Source: an uncultured bacterium
GTDB lineage: Bacteria; Verrucomicrobiota; Kiritimatiellia; PWTM01
Reading direction: 5' to 3'
Assembly: GCA_937935255.1 (NCBI GenBank)
Contig: CALGXT010000076.1
Coordinates: 1,658 to 65,657 of the forward strand
Length of the DNA: 64,000 nt
Made by a program: the position numbers and the translations under genes. Under the pieces are notes generated by a model, which made no database searches, was not told the DNA's origin, and saw nothing but the letters and a program-made list of their open reading frames with translations. Positions 56,355 through 64,000 of the stretch are shown here, piece after piece. Position 1 is the first letter of the stretch; each line of letters opens with the position of its first letter.

Positions 56355-59054
56355 CTACTCCGCGAGAAATTGGCGAAGGACGTAGGGGAGGATGCCGCCG
56401 TGGCGGAAATATTCCGCTTCGACGGTGGTGTCTATGCGCGCCTTTGCTTGGAAGCGAATTGCGCGGCGATCGGACTTGACGGCCTCCACTTCGATCATGC
56501 CGCCCGGCGTGAGGTCGGCAATGCCGCGAAGGTGAATCGTTTCGCTGCCGTTCAGTCCCAGTGAATCCGCGGTGGCCCCCGCGGGAAACTCCAAAGGCAG
56601 CAGACCCATCCCAACCAGATTGCTCCGGTGGATGCGTTCATAACTTTCGGCGATCACGGCGCGAACCCCGAGTAGCGCCGGCCCCTTCGCCGCCCAGTCG
56701 CGCGAAGAACCGGCGCCATACATTTTGCCGGCGAGCACCACCAGCGGGACGTTCTCGCGCCGGTACGCTTCCGCCGCGTCAAATATCGTCATAACAGCGC
56801 CATCCGGCCAATGCCTCGTCCAGCCGCCTTCACGATCGGCTAAACGATTGCGCAATCGCACGTTGGCGAATGCGCCTCGCATCAGCACTTCATGGTTGCC
56901 GCGCCGCGCGCCATACGAGTTGAAATCGGCGGGCGAGACACCCTGCTCGATGAGATAGCGCCCGGCGGGGCTATCCTTCGGAATCGAACCCGCCGGCGAG
57001 ATGTGGTCGGTGGTCACGAAATCGCCGAAATAGCCCAGCACGCGGGCGTTTTCGATATCGCCGCGAGGCGCAGGCGCCGGGGTGAAGTCGGCGAAAAACG
57101 GAGCTTCGCGGATATAGGTCGAATTCGCATCCCAGGCATAAACGTGGTTCTCCGTCCCTTTCAGCGCGTTCCACGCGGGACTCACATCGCTCAGCCGCCG
57201 GTAGGTGTCGAGGTAGTCTTCCGGGGATAGCGCCGACGCCACGGCGACGCGCAATTCGCTGTTATCCGGCCAGATATCGCGTAAATAGACGGGCTTGCCG
57301 TTCGTGTCTGTCCCCAAGGGTTCGTCGCCGAGATTGGCGCGGACCGTTCCGCGGAGCGCATACGCGATCACCAGCGGCGGCGAACAGAGGTAATTGGCGC
57401 GCGTGAGCGGATGGATGCGCCCTTCGAAGTTCCGGTTGCCGCTCAAAACCGCGGCGGCGACCAGGCCATTTTCACGAATCGCGCGCTCAATTTCGGGATC
57501 CAGCGGGCCGCTGTTGCCGATGCACGTGGCGCAGCCGTATGCGGCGACGTGAAAGCCCAGCGCTTCGAGATCGGCGAGCAACCCGGCTCGCCGCAAATAC
57601 GCAGTCACGGCGCGGGAGCCCGGCGCGAAGCTGGTCTTGACCTGCGGCGGCACGCGCAGCCCGCGCGCCCGCGCCTTGCGCGCCATCAGCGCCGCGCCGA
57701 TCATCAAGTCGGGGTTCGAAGTGTTCGTACAGCTTGTGATCGAGGCAATGACCACTGCGCCTTGTTCCAGCGCCCCCTGGGGGCCGAGGTCAACTCGACG
57801 GTTCGCCGCTTCCGGCGAAATACCGAATCCCTTGCGCTCGGCGGGCGCGGTCAGCGCGCGCTCGAATTCGCGCCCCACACGGGCCAGGGGAAGGCGGTCT
57901 TGCGGCCGCCGCGGTCCGGCGACGGAGGCCTCAACCCGATTGAGATCAATCTCCACGACGGCGGAATACTCGGGATCGGGCCGCCCGGGTTCCCGCCATA
58001 AGCCTTGCGCTTTGGCATACGCCTCGACGCGCGCGATGTGGGCGGGATCGCGCCCCGTTTCGCGCAGATAGGCGAGCGTGGAGGCGTCCATTGGGAAAAA
58101 CCCCATCGTCGCCCCATACTCCGGCGCCATGTTCGCCACCGGCGCGCGGTCGGCCAGGGGCAGCGTGTCCAGCCCCGGGCCAAAAAACTCCACGAAATGC
58201 CCCACCACGCCCTGGGCGCGCAATGTCTCTGTCACCGTCAACGCCAGGTCGGTCGCGGTGGCGGGGCTGCGCAGCCGCCCCACGAGCCGCACGCCCGTCA
58301 CCGGCGGCGGCGTGAGGGGGATGGGCTGCCCCAGCATCGCCGCTTCGGCCTCGATGCCGCCCACGCCCCAGCCGAGAATGCCCATGCTGTTGATCATCAC
58401 GGTATGCGAATCGGTGCCGACGACCGTGTCGGGCGCGGCGACGACGCGGCCTTCGGCGTCGCGCTCGTCAAACCGCACGCCCTCCGCGAGGTATTCCATG
58501 TTCACCTGATGGCAAATCCCCAATCCCGGCGGCAGCACGCGCAATCGGGCAAATGCTCGCTGTCCCCAGCGCAGAAACGCGTACCGCTCGGCATTGCGCT
58601 CAAACTCTTTTTCGATGTTCGCCTCGAACGCGCGCGCGGACCCCGCCTCGTCGAGTTGCACCGAATGGTCAATGACCAGATCCACGGGTATGAGCGGCTC
58701 GACGCGCCGAGGATCCCCGCCGGCGCGAGCCAGCGCGCCGCGCAGCGCCGCGAGATCCACTACGCACGGCACGCCGGTGAAATCCTGCAAAAGCACGCGC
58801 GCCGGCAAAAACGGTATCTCGCCGCCGCCGGGATTCGCCGGCGACCAGCGCGCGAGGCTTTCTACGTGTTCCGGCGCGAAGCCCGGCCGCTTCATTCCCT
58901 GTCCCCGCAACACCGTCTCCAGCAGGATGCGCAACGAATAGGGCAAACGAGCGATCCGTCCCCAGCCGAGCTCCTCGATGACGGCGATGCGATAATATCG
59001 AAAAGAACCGGATCCGGCTTCGAGCTCGGCCAGGGCGTTGGGAATCGTCTTCAT
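56355..59054 (-). CDS. acnA: aconitate hydratase A
   Basis: About 900 aa. Conserved aconitase family stretches include GVVGTDSHT, SCTNTSNP and the 4Fe-4S ligand Cys residues. The ORF starts MKTIPNALAELEAGSGSFRYY. Confidence 0.95.
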   Translation of the reverse strand: MKTIPNALAELEAGSGSFRYYRIAVIEELGWGRIARLPYSLRILLETVLRGQGMKRPGFAPEHVESLARWSPANPGGGEIPFLPARVLLQDFTGVPCVVDLAALRGALARAGGDPRRVEPLIPVDLVIDHSVQLDEAGSARAFEANIEKEFERNAERYAFLRWGQRAFARLRVLPPGLGICHQVNMEYLAEGVRFDERDAEGRVVAAPDTVVGTDSHTVMINSMGILGWGVGGIEAEAAMLGQPIPLTPPPVTGVRLVGRLRSPATATDLALTVTETLRAQGVVGHFVEFFGPGLDTLPLADRAPVANMAPEYGATMGFFPMDASTLAYLRETGRDPAHIARVEAYAKAQGLWREPGRPDPEYSAVVEIDLNRVEASVAGPRRPQDRLPLARVGREFERALTAPAERKGFGISPEAANRRVDLGPQGALEQGAVVIASITSCTNTSNPDLMIGAALMARKARARGLRVPPQVKTSFAPGSRAVTAYLRRAGLLADLEALGFHVAAYGCATCIGNSGPLDPEIERAIRENGLVAAAVLSGNRNFEGRIHPLTRANYLCSPPLVIAYALRGTVRANLGDEPLGTDTNGKPVYLRDIWPDNSELRVAVASALSPEDYLDTYRRLSDVSPAWNALKGTENHVYAWDANSTYIREAPFFADFTPAPAPRGDIENARVLGYFGDFVTTDHISPAGSIPKDSPAGRYLIEQGVSPADFNSYGARRGNHEVLMRGAFANVRLRNRLADREGGWTRHWPDGAVMTIFDAAEAYRRENVPLVVLAGKMYGAGSSRDWAAKGPALLGVRAVIAESYERIHRSNLVGMGLLPLEFPAGATADSLGLNGSETIHLRGIADLTPGGMIEVEAVKSDRRAIRFQAKARIDTTVEAEYFRHGGILPYVLRQFLAE

Positions 59055-59140
59055 GAGAAAACCTTTCACAGGCAAAACGGCGCGCGATGATAGGGCGGGG
59101 CCGCCGATCCGTCAAACCCGGCCGCCATCGGAACTTGCGG

Positions 59141-59194
59141 TTTTTTCCAAGGCTTGGAAGAATGAGGCCGTCCATTTTCCAAACCTTGGAAAAA
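59141..59194. repeat. pair of palindromic repeats TTTTTTCCAAGGCTTGGAAG / TTTTCCAAACCTTGGAAAAAG (locus D)
   Basis: Located in the divergent region between the aconitase and ROK kinase starts. The spacer is 14 nt. Confidence 0.8.
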
Positions 59195-59224
59195 GCGGCG
59201 TCCGACGCCGGGAAGCGGAACACG

Positions 59225-60202
59225 ATGGCGACAGCGAATCTGAAAAAAGCGGTGGGCATTGATTTCGGCGGGACGGAAACCAAACTGGCGCGCGTCAACG
59301 AGCGCGGCAAGGCCGAAGCCGCCGCCTCGTTTCCCACCGCGGAAGCGCCGGGCCCGGATGCCTGGATCGCGGCGGTCGCGGCGGCGCTACCGCAGCTGGG
59401 CTTATCGAACGAGCCGGAAACGTTGCGGCGTGAAATCGTCGGCATCGGGATCGGCGCGCCGGGCTTCACGGATTTCGAGCGCGGCTATATTTACGATCTC
59501 ACGAATGTGCCCGGCTGGAAGGCCGTGCCGTTGGCCGATCGAATGGAAGCTCGGTTCGGCGTGCGCACACGGGTGGACAACGACGTCAACGCCATGGCGA
59601 TGGGCGAATGCACATTCGGCGTCGGACGCCTCTATCAGCACGCGGTGTTTGTCACCCTCGGCACGGGCGTCGGCGGCGGCTTGCTGATCCACAATCGGAT
59701 CTATCGCGGCGCGCACTCGATGGCGGGCGAGATCGGCCACGTCTCCATTGACCTCAACGGCATCCGCTCGCCGCAGGGGGTGGGAGGGCTGGAACAATAT
59801 GTCGGCAACCGCGCGATCGTCGAGCGCGCCGCGGCGGCGTTGCGCGCCGGCCGCGCGAGCGCCTTGCGCGAGCGTTACGCCGGCGACTTTTCCCGCCTCA
59901 CTCCGCGCGACATTGCCGCCGCGGCGACCGCGGGCGACGCATTGGCGCTCGAGGTTTTCGATTTCGTGGCCCTCTGTCTCGCGACCGCCTTCGCCTCCAT
60001 CGCCTATCTGCTGCAACCGCAGGTCATCATTGTCGGCGGCGGCGTGGCGCAAGCCGGGCCGGTGCTTTTCGATCCGCTCCGGCGGCATTTGAAAGACCGG
60101 CTTTCGCCCTTGTTTTACGACCGCATGGATGTGCGGCCCGCGGCGCTCGGGGCGGCGGCGGGCGTCATCGGCTGCGCAGCGCTTGCGCTGGCGGAGTCTT
60201 GA
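59225..60202 (+). CDS. ROK family protein (sugar kinase, glucokinase/N-acetylglucosamine kinase-like)
   Basis: The ATP-binding motif VGIDFGGT is present. The ROK signature region contains GHVSID. Confidence 0.8.
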   Translation: MATANLKKAVGIDFGGTETKLARVNERGKAEAAASFPTAEAPGPDAWIAAVAAALPQLGLSNEPETLRREIVGIGIGAPGFTDFERGYIYDLTNVPGWKAVPLADRMEARFGVRTRVDNDVNAMAMGECTFGVGRLYQHAVFVTLGTGVGGGLLIHNRIYRGAHSMAGEIGHVSIDLNGIRSPQGVGGLEQYVGNRAIVERAAAALRAGRASALRERYAGDFSRLTPRDIAAAATAGDALALEVFDFVALCLATAFASIAYLLQPQVIIVGGGVAQAGPVLFDPLRRHLKDRLSPLFYDRMDVRPAALGAAAGVIGCAALALAES

Positions 60203-60240
60203 CGTTTTTGACAAACTTTTTTGCGGCGGTATGTTGAGCA

Positions 60241-61365
60241 ATGAGAATATACCGCCCGTCGGCGCGCCTTGCGGCTGTTTCGCTTCTCTTCGCCGTCCCG
60301 GTGTGGAAAGCGACCGCGGACGAGAGATCAACGCCAACGCCTCTCGAATCCGGCGCGATGTCCGAGGGTCATTTTCCGGCGCCATCCAGCTCGCCCGCCG
60401 CTCCGAGTCCGGCCTCCACGCCGTCGGCCCCCGCCTCGGTGAATCCTTCCGGCTTCGCCGGCAGCCATGTTTCTTTCGGTCTCGCGGATGGGCTCATTCG
60501 CGTGGCGCGCGGCGGCGAGTGGCTGCTGCTGGCCAACCCGCGTTTCATGGCCAGCGACGACGACGAGCAACTTTATGGTTTGGGTTTCATTTTCCGCCGC
60601 CGTCCCGGCGAGGGTATTCGCCAATCGCTCTTTCTCCGGTTCGATGTGCGAAACACGCCGGGCGACAATTGGTACACCACGACCTCCGGCGGGTTTGAGC
60701 ATCGCGGCGCCCTATGGACCGGGCGTCTGCGCGGCTTCATTTCGCCGCATGGCGCCGACGTGGTCGAGCGGCGCATCGAGGAGGAGGAAGTCCGGCGTCC
60801 CGACGGTTCCACCGACACGATCCGCCGAACCTTCGAGCGGCTGGAAATTCCGCTGACCGGCGCCGAAGCCGAGGGCGGTCTTCGCATCCCGTTGCCGCCC
60901 TTTTTGGGCGACCTGCGGATTTTCGGCGGCGCGCATTATCGCGACGGTCCGAGTTTCGATGCGCAGTCGGGTTGGTTGACGCGGACGGAATACCGGCCGC
61001 GGGAGCGGTTCTCGTTCGAATTCGCGGCCTACTTCAACCGGGATTTTACGGAAGTCGAGTACCTCTTCGGGGTTCGCGCCATTTTCCCGTTCGGAACCGG
61101 CGGCGGAGGAAACGGCAAATCCATGGGCGGCGAACACTTCTGGTTCGAGCCGCCGCCGTTCAACCCCCGCGCGGTTTCGGGGAAAAGCGCCTCGGCCCGC
61201 CGCAGCAAGGAACAGGTCGTCGGCACGAAACCGCCGCCGCCGCCGCCATCCATGGCGCCGAAGTTCGACGGCGATCAACCCTCCGATCCCGATTTGCCCC
61301 CCGATACCGAACCGCCCGACGGCCCGGATTTGCCGTATGATCCGGATTCTCCGGACTGGAGATAA
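60241..61365 (+). CDS. secreted hypothetical protein with proline-rich C-terminus
   Basis: The ORF starts MRIYRPSARLAAVSLLFAVPVWKATA, a signal peptide. A Pro/Ser-rich linker follows. The tail carries PPPPPPP and PDxP repeats. No family assigned. Confidence 0.5.
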   Translation: MRIYRPSARLAAVSLLFAVPVWKATADERSTPTPLESGAMSEGHFPAPSSSPAAPSPASTPSAPASVNPSGFAGSHVSFGLADGLIRVARGGEWLLLANPRFMASDDDEQLYGLGFIFRRRPGEGIRQSLFLRFDVRNTPGDNWYTTTSGGFEHRGALWTGRLRGFISPHGADVVERRIEEEEVRRPDGSTDTIRRTFERLEIPLTGAEAEGGLRIPLPPFLGDLRIFGGAHYRDGPSFDAQSGWLTRTEYRPRERFSFEFAAYFNRDFTEVEYLFGVRAIFPFGTGGGGNGKSMGGEHFWFEPPPFNPRAVSGKSASARRSKEQVVGTKPPPPPPSMAPKFDGDQPSDPDLPPDTEPPDGPDLPYDPDSPDWR

Positions 61366-61691
61366 GAAGAACAAAAGGAAAAAGCGCAGGGAAAAGCTCG
61401 ACGGCGCGCAAACGATTCTCAGCGGCTGAAATTGAGAATCACAACATTCGTTTCAGCGCCCACGCGGCGGGAAGCAGCAGCGCCAGCAAAGAGCCGGCGA
61501 ATCGGAAAAGCGAAAAGCTCCGCCGCCGAACGAGACACCGCGGCGGCGGCAAGCCCGGGCGACTCCGGTAAAGAGAGCCCGCCTGGGCGTGAGAGCCTCC
61601 ATAAATATCGCCGATGCTTCTGGCGTTCATGCCGCTTCTCATCCTCAAAGCACGCCAGAACATACATCGGATTATGTCTGCCGCAAGCGAC

Positions 61692-62111
61692 TCAACCGTT
61701 TTCTAACAGACGCATCGCCTTCTCGATGTCGTCCACCCGCGCGATGACCATCCCTACGGGCACCCTCGGGCTGCTGGCGCAATAACAGTACTCGATGTTC
61801 ACGCCATTCGCGCCCCACAGCTCCGCGACGGCGCCCAGACCGCCCGGACGGTTGCCGATCTCCAGCCACAACACTTCTTTTTCGAAGAATAGATGGCCTT
61901 CTTTCCGCAGAACCTCCATCGCCCGGTCCGGCGCATCGGTGACCATCCGGACGTAGCCATGCTCGATGCCCTCGGCCAGCGTCAGCGCGTAAATATTGAC
62001 GCCGGCATCGCCGAGCAACCGGCAGACGCGCCCCAACGTTCCCGGCCTGTCTTCCAGAAAGACGGAAATCTGTCGTCCCTTCGAGAACTCGATTCCTTTG
62101 CCTTTGTTCAT
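61692..62111 (-). CDS. ACT domain-containing protein
   Basis: A 139-aa ORF with two ACT-like units (ISVFLEDRPGTLGRVCRLLGDAGVNIYAL and LWLEIGNRPGGLGAVAELWGANGVNI). Confidence 0.7.
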   Translation of the reverse strand: MNKGKGIEFSKGRQISVFLEDRPGTLGRVCRLLGDAGVNIYALTLAEGIEHGYVRMVTDAPDRAMEVLRKEGHLFFEKEVLWLEIGNRPGGLGAVAELWGANGVNIEYCYCASSPRVPVGMVIARVDDIEKAMRLLENG

Positions 62112-62335
62112 CGCACCCTCTCCCGAAACGGCGGCCTGCCGCGCGCCCCTCTTTTACACGCCGGTTATGGGGACAGGCAAGCGATCAGGTGAATGCGGCG
62201 GAAGGGAGCGGCCCTTTGCTTCGGTTGAAGCGGCAGATATTGGGACACGGATATAGGGACAGGCAATTTTCCGCCGGGGCTTCAGGCATGTTCGTGCGTG
62301 ACGGCGCCGCGGCCAAAAGGCAGACTGCGGCCCGC

Positions 62336-63916
62336 ATGAACGAGCGAATGCAACGCCGTCGCCGAGCGCGCCGGTTTTTTGGGCGCTGCTGCGGTCTTCT
62401 CGCGGTCGCCCTGCCTTGGATGCGCGGCGAGCGGCCTTTGCCGCCCGGCGTTTCCCTCGCGGGGCCGCCGCGCCCGCTGGGAGCCGATGGCGCCCGACTG
62501 TTGCTCGACCGCACGGTGTGGGACCCCGACACCGCTGCGCGCCGCATCGAGCAGGAAATCTTCGAAACCGTTTTGCGCCGGATTGGGGAAGCGCGCCGCC
62601 TGCTGGTCATGGATTGGTTTCTTTGGAACGGCTGGCGGGGCCGCGGCGCGGAGTTTCATCGCGATATTTCCGCCGAACTCACAGCGGCGCTGATCGAAAA
62701 ACGGCGCGCTTCGCCGGATATGGATCTGCTCGTTCTGACCGACCCGATCAACCGCATTTACGACGGGCATGAGGCGGCGGACCTTCGCGCGCTGCGGGAC
62801 GCCGGCATCCCGGTGGTGTATACGGATGTCAACCGTTTGCGCCCCACCAACCGGGTGTTCACGCCGCCGGCCGAATTCTTCGCTCCGTTGTTCTCGCGCG
62901 TCGGACCCCTGCGCCGATGGGCCGACCGGCCTCGCATCAAAAACCCGTTCGATATCGCGGAACCGCCGATCAGCGCGCGCCAGATGGCGCGGCTTCTGCA
63001 TTTTCGGGCCAATCATCGCAAACTTCTGGTGGCGGACGACGAATCCGGCGCGCTGCGCTTGCTCATCGGCAGTTTTAATCCCTCCAGCGCCAGTTCCGCC
63101 CATGTCAACGTAGCGCTGGAATGCGGGGGCCCCGTTGCGTTGGACGCGTTGGCGTCCGAACTGGCTGTCATCGAATGGTCGCTGGCCGGCGACTATGCGC
63201 CGCCGGCCGCCGAAACGCAGCGGGCGCGGGAGACCCTCGATCGCATTCGCCGGCGCTGTCTCGCGGAAATCGCGGCGCTGCCGGCGGCCGACGCCCAAGT
63301 CGAAGGCCCCCGCGTTCAATGGCTCGGCGAAGGGGCCATTCACCGCCGGCTGCTGGAGCGGTTGGACGCCCTGAGGTCGGGCGACGAGGCGCGGGTGGCC
63401 TTGTTTTATCTCTCGGATCGGGCCGTCTTGCGCGCGTTGCGCGGCGCCGCCCGGCGCGGCGCCCGTATTCGCCTGATTCTCGATCCCAATCGGGACGCCT
63501 TCGGCCTTGAGAAAAACGGCATCCCCAATCGTCCGCTCGCCGCGGGACTCGCGGCCTACGGCGCGCGCGCGGGGCGAAATCTGATGATCCGGTGGGCGGA
63601 CACGCACGGCGAGCAATTCCATGCGAAAGCCGTCCTTTTCACCTTCGCGGACGGCCCGCCGGAGCTGTTGGCCGGCTCGGCCAATTGGACTTCGCGCAAT
63701 TTGCGCGACCGTAACCTGGAGGCCAATGTGTTGGTGATCGGCGACGCCGCCGTCGCCGCGCGTTTCGCGGATGCGTTCGACGCGGCCTGGGAAAATCGCC
63801 CGGGCGGACTTTGCCGAACGCGCGAATATGCCGCCTTCGCCGAATCGCCCGCTGCGCGCCTCTGGAAAGCGCCGCTGGGTTATCTCCAGGAGGTCACCGG
63901 CGCTTCGTCCTTTTGA
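62336..63916 (+). CDS. phospholipase D-like family protein (two HKD-type motifs, membrane-anchored)
   Basis: There is an N-terminal hydrophobic anchor (FFGRCCGLLAVALPWM). The first HKD motif is HRKLLVADDE...GSFNPSS and the second is HAKAVLFTF...GSANWTSRNL. The true start is uncertain (62288-62348). Confidence 0.7.
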   Translation: MNERMQRRRRARRFFGRCCGLLAVALPWMRGERPLPPGVSLAGPPRPLGADGARLLLDRTVWDPDTAARRIEQEIFETVLRRIGEARRLLVMDWFLWNGWRGRGAEFHRDISAELTAALIEKRRASPDMDLLVLTDPINRIYDGHEAADLRALRDAGIPVVYTDVNRLRPTNRVFTPPAEFFAPLFSRVGPLRRWADRPRIKNPFDIAEPPISARQMARLLHFRANHRKLLVADDESGALRLLIGSFNPSSASSAHVNVALECGGPVALDALASELAVIEWSLAGDYAPPAAETQRARETLDRIRRRCLAEIAALPAADAQVEGPRVQWLGEGAIHRRLLERLDALRSGDEARVALFYLSDRAVLRALRGAARRGARIRLILDPNRDAFGLEKNGIPNRPLAAGLAAYGARAGRNLMIRWADTHGEQFHAKAVLFTFADGPPELLAGSANWTSRNLRDRNLEANVLVIGDAAVAARFADAFDAAWENRPGGLCRTREYAAFAESPAARLWKAPLGYLQEVTGASSF

Positions 63917-64000
63917 ATCGTTTCGACGCGCCGGCGGCGCGGGTTCGCGCCAAGCGATCGCGGCCGGATCGGCTATGTTCGCGGCGGGTGCACTCGCCGC

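Noticed and set aside
56073-56564. 163-aa plus-strand ORF downstream of the RHS fragment (candidate immunity gene)
   Set aside because: Most of it is antisense to the aconitase C-terminus, it is Arg-rich, and it has no RBS. It is not a convincing immunity gene.
61414-61441. GATTCTCAgcggctgaaatTGAGAATC hairpin as intrinsic terminator between convergent genes
   Set aside because: An 8-bp stem is present but there is no downstream U-tract. I noted it only as a possible structure.
1-64000. CRISPR arrays, rRNA, tRNA
   Set aside because: By eye I found no regularly spaced direct repeats with unique spacers and no tRNA-like cloverleaf candidates in the non-coding gaps.

Overview
This 64-kb window is very GC-rich (about 67-70%) and appears to be bacterial chromosome. 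A prepilin-type pseudopilin with a C-terminal domain that looks DUF1559-like, a PEP-CTERM protein and many large secreted proteins suggest the Planctomycetes-Verrucomicrobia-Chlamydiae group (Verrucomicrobia, Lentisphaerae or Kiritimatiellae-like); this taxon call is inference. Because of the GC content, the six-frame track is full of long antisense and arginine-rich artefact ORFs. I kept only ORFs with recognisable family signatures, and a few hypothetical proteins supported by plausible start context (start or RBS context, signal peptides, translational coupling).

Main contents, in order:
- 630-4200 (- strand): a three-gene operon of an NAD epimerase, a GT-C (ArnT/PMT-like) membrane glycosyltransferase and a GT2 polyprenol-phosphate-sugar synthase, the last two overlapping at stop and start.
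- 5206-10299 (+): an Fe(III)-type ABC importer in the order ATPase, binding protein, fused permease, each sharing an ATGA overlap with the next, followed by a coupled 443-aa secreted protein of unknown function.
- 10689-13844 (+): ileS.
- 14280-16178 (+): an ECF sigma factor, a zf-HC2 anti-sigma factor and a periplasmic coiled-coil protein.
- 16242-33310 (-): a seven-gene glycan-utilisation cluster: a GH94 phosphorylase, a 1.2-kaa PA14-domain protein, two unclassified glycosidase-like proteins, an IUNH nucleoside hydrolase, a 1.1-kaa secreted protein and an FAD oxidoreductase.
- 33485-34750 (-): a PEP-CTERM repeat protein.
- 35637-40908 (+): LacI, pseudopilin, GH4, ComF and accD.
- 41241-55719 (-): a 14-gene polysaccharide biosynthesis cluster with ten glycosyltransferases, Wzy, two methyltransferases, an epimerase and a Gfo/Idh/MocA oxidoreductase.
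- 55847-56212 (+): an orphan, low-GC C-terminal fragment of an RHS/YD-repeat polymorphic toxin.
- 56355-63916: aconitase (-), a ROK kinase (+), a secreted hypothetical protein (+), an ACT-domain protein (-) and a PLD-family protein (+).

Non-coding features seen directly: a dispersed family of paired palindromes (TTTCCAA-N3-TTGGAAA) at four intergenic loci, a conserved two-hairpin element upstream of two secreted-protein genes, and a heptamer tandem repeat. No rRNA, tRNA or CRISPR array was recognised. All coordinates are approximate to within a few nucleotides where I re-derived starts by eye.
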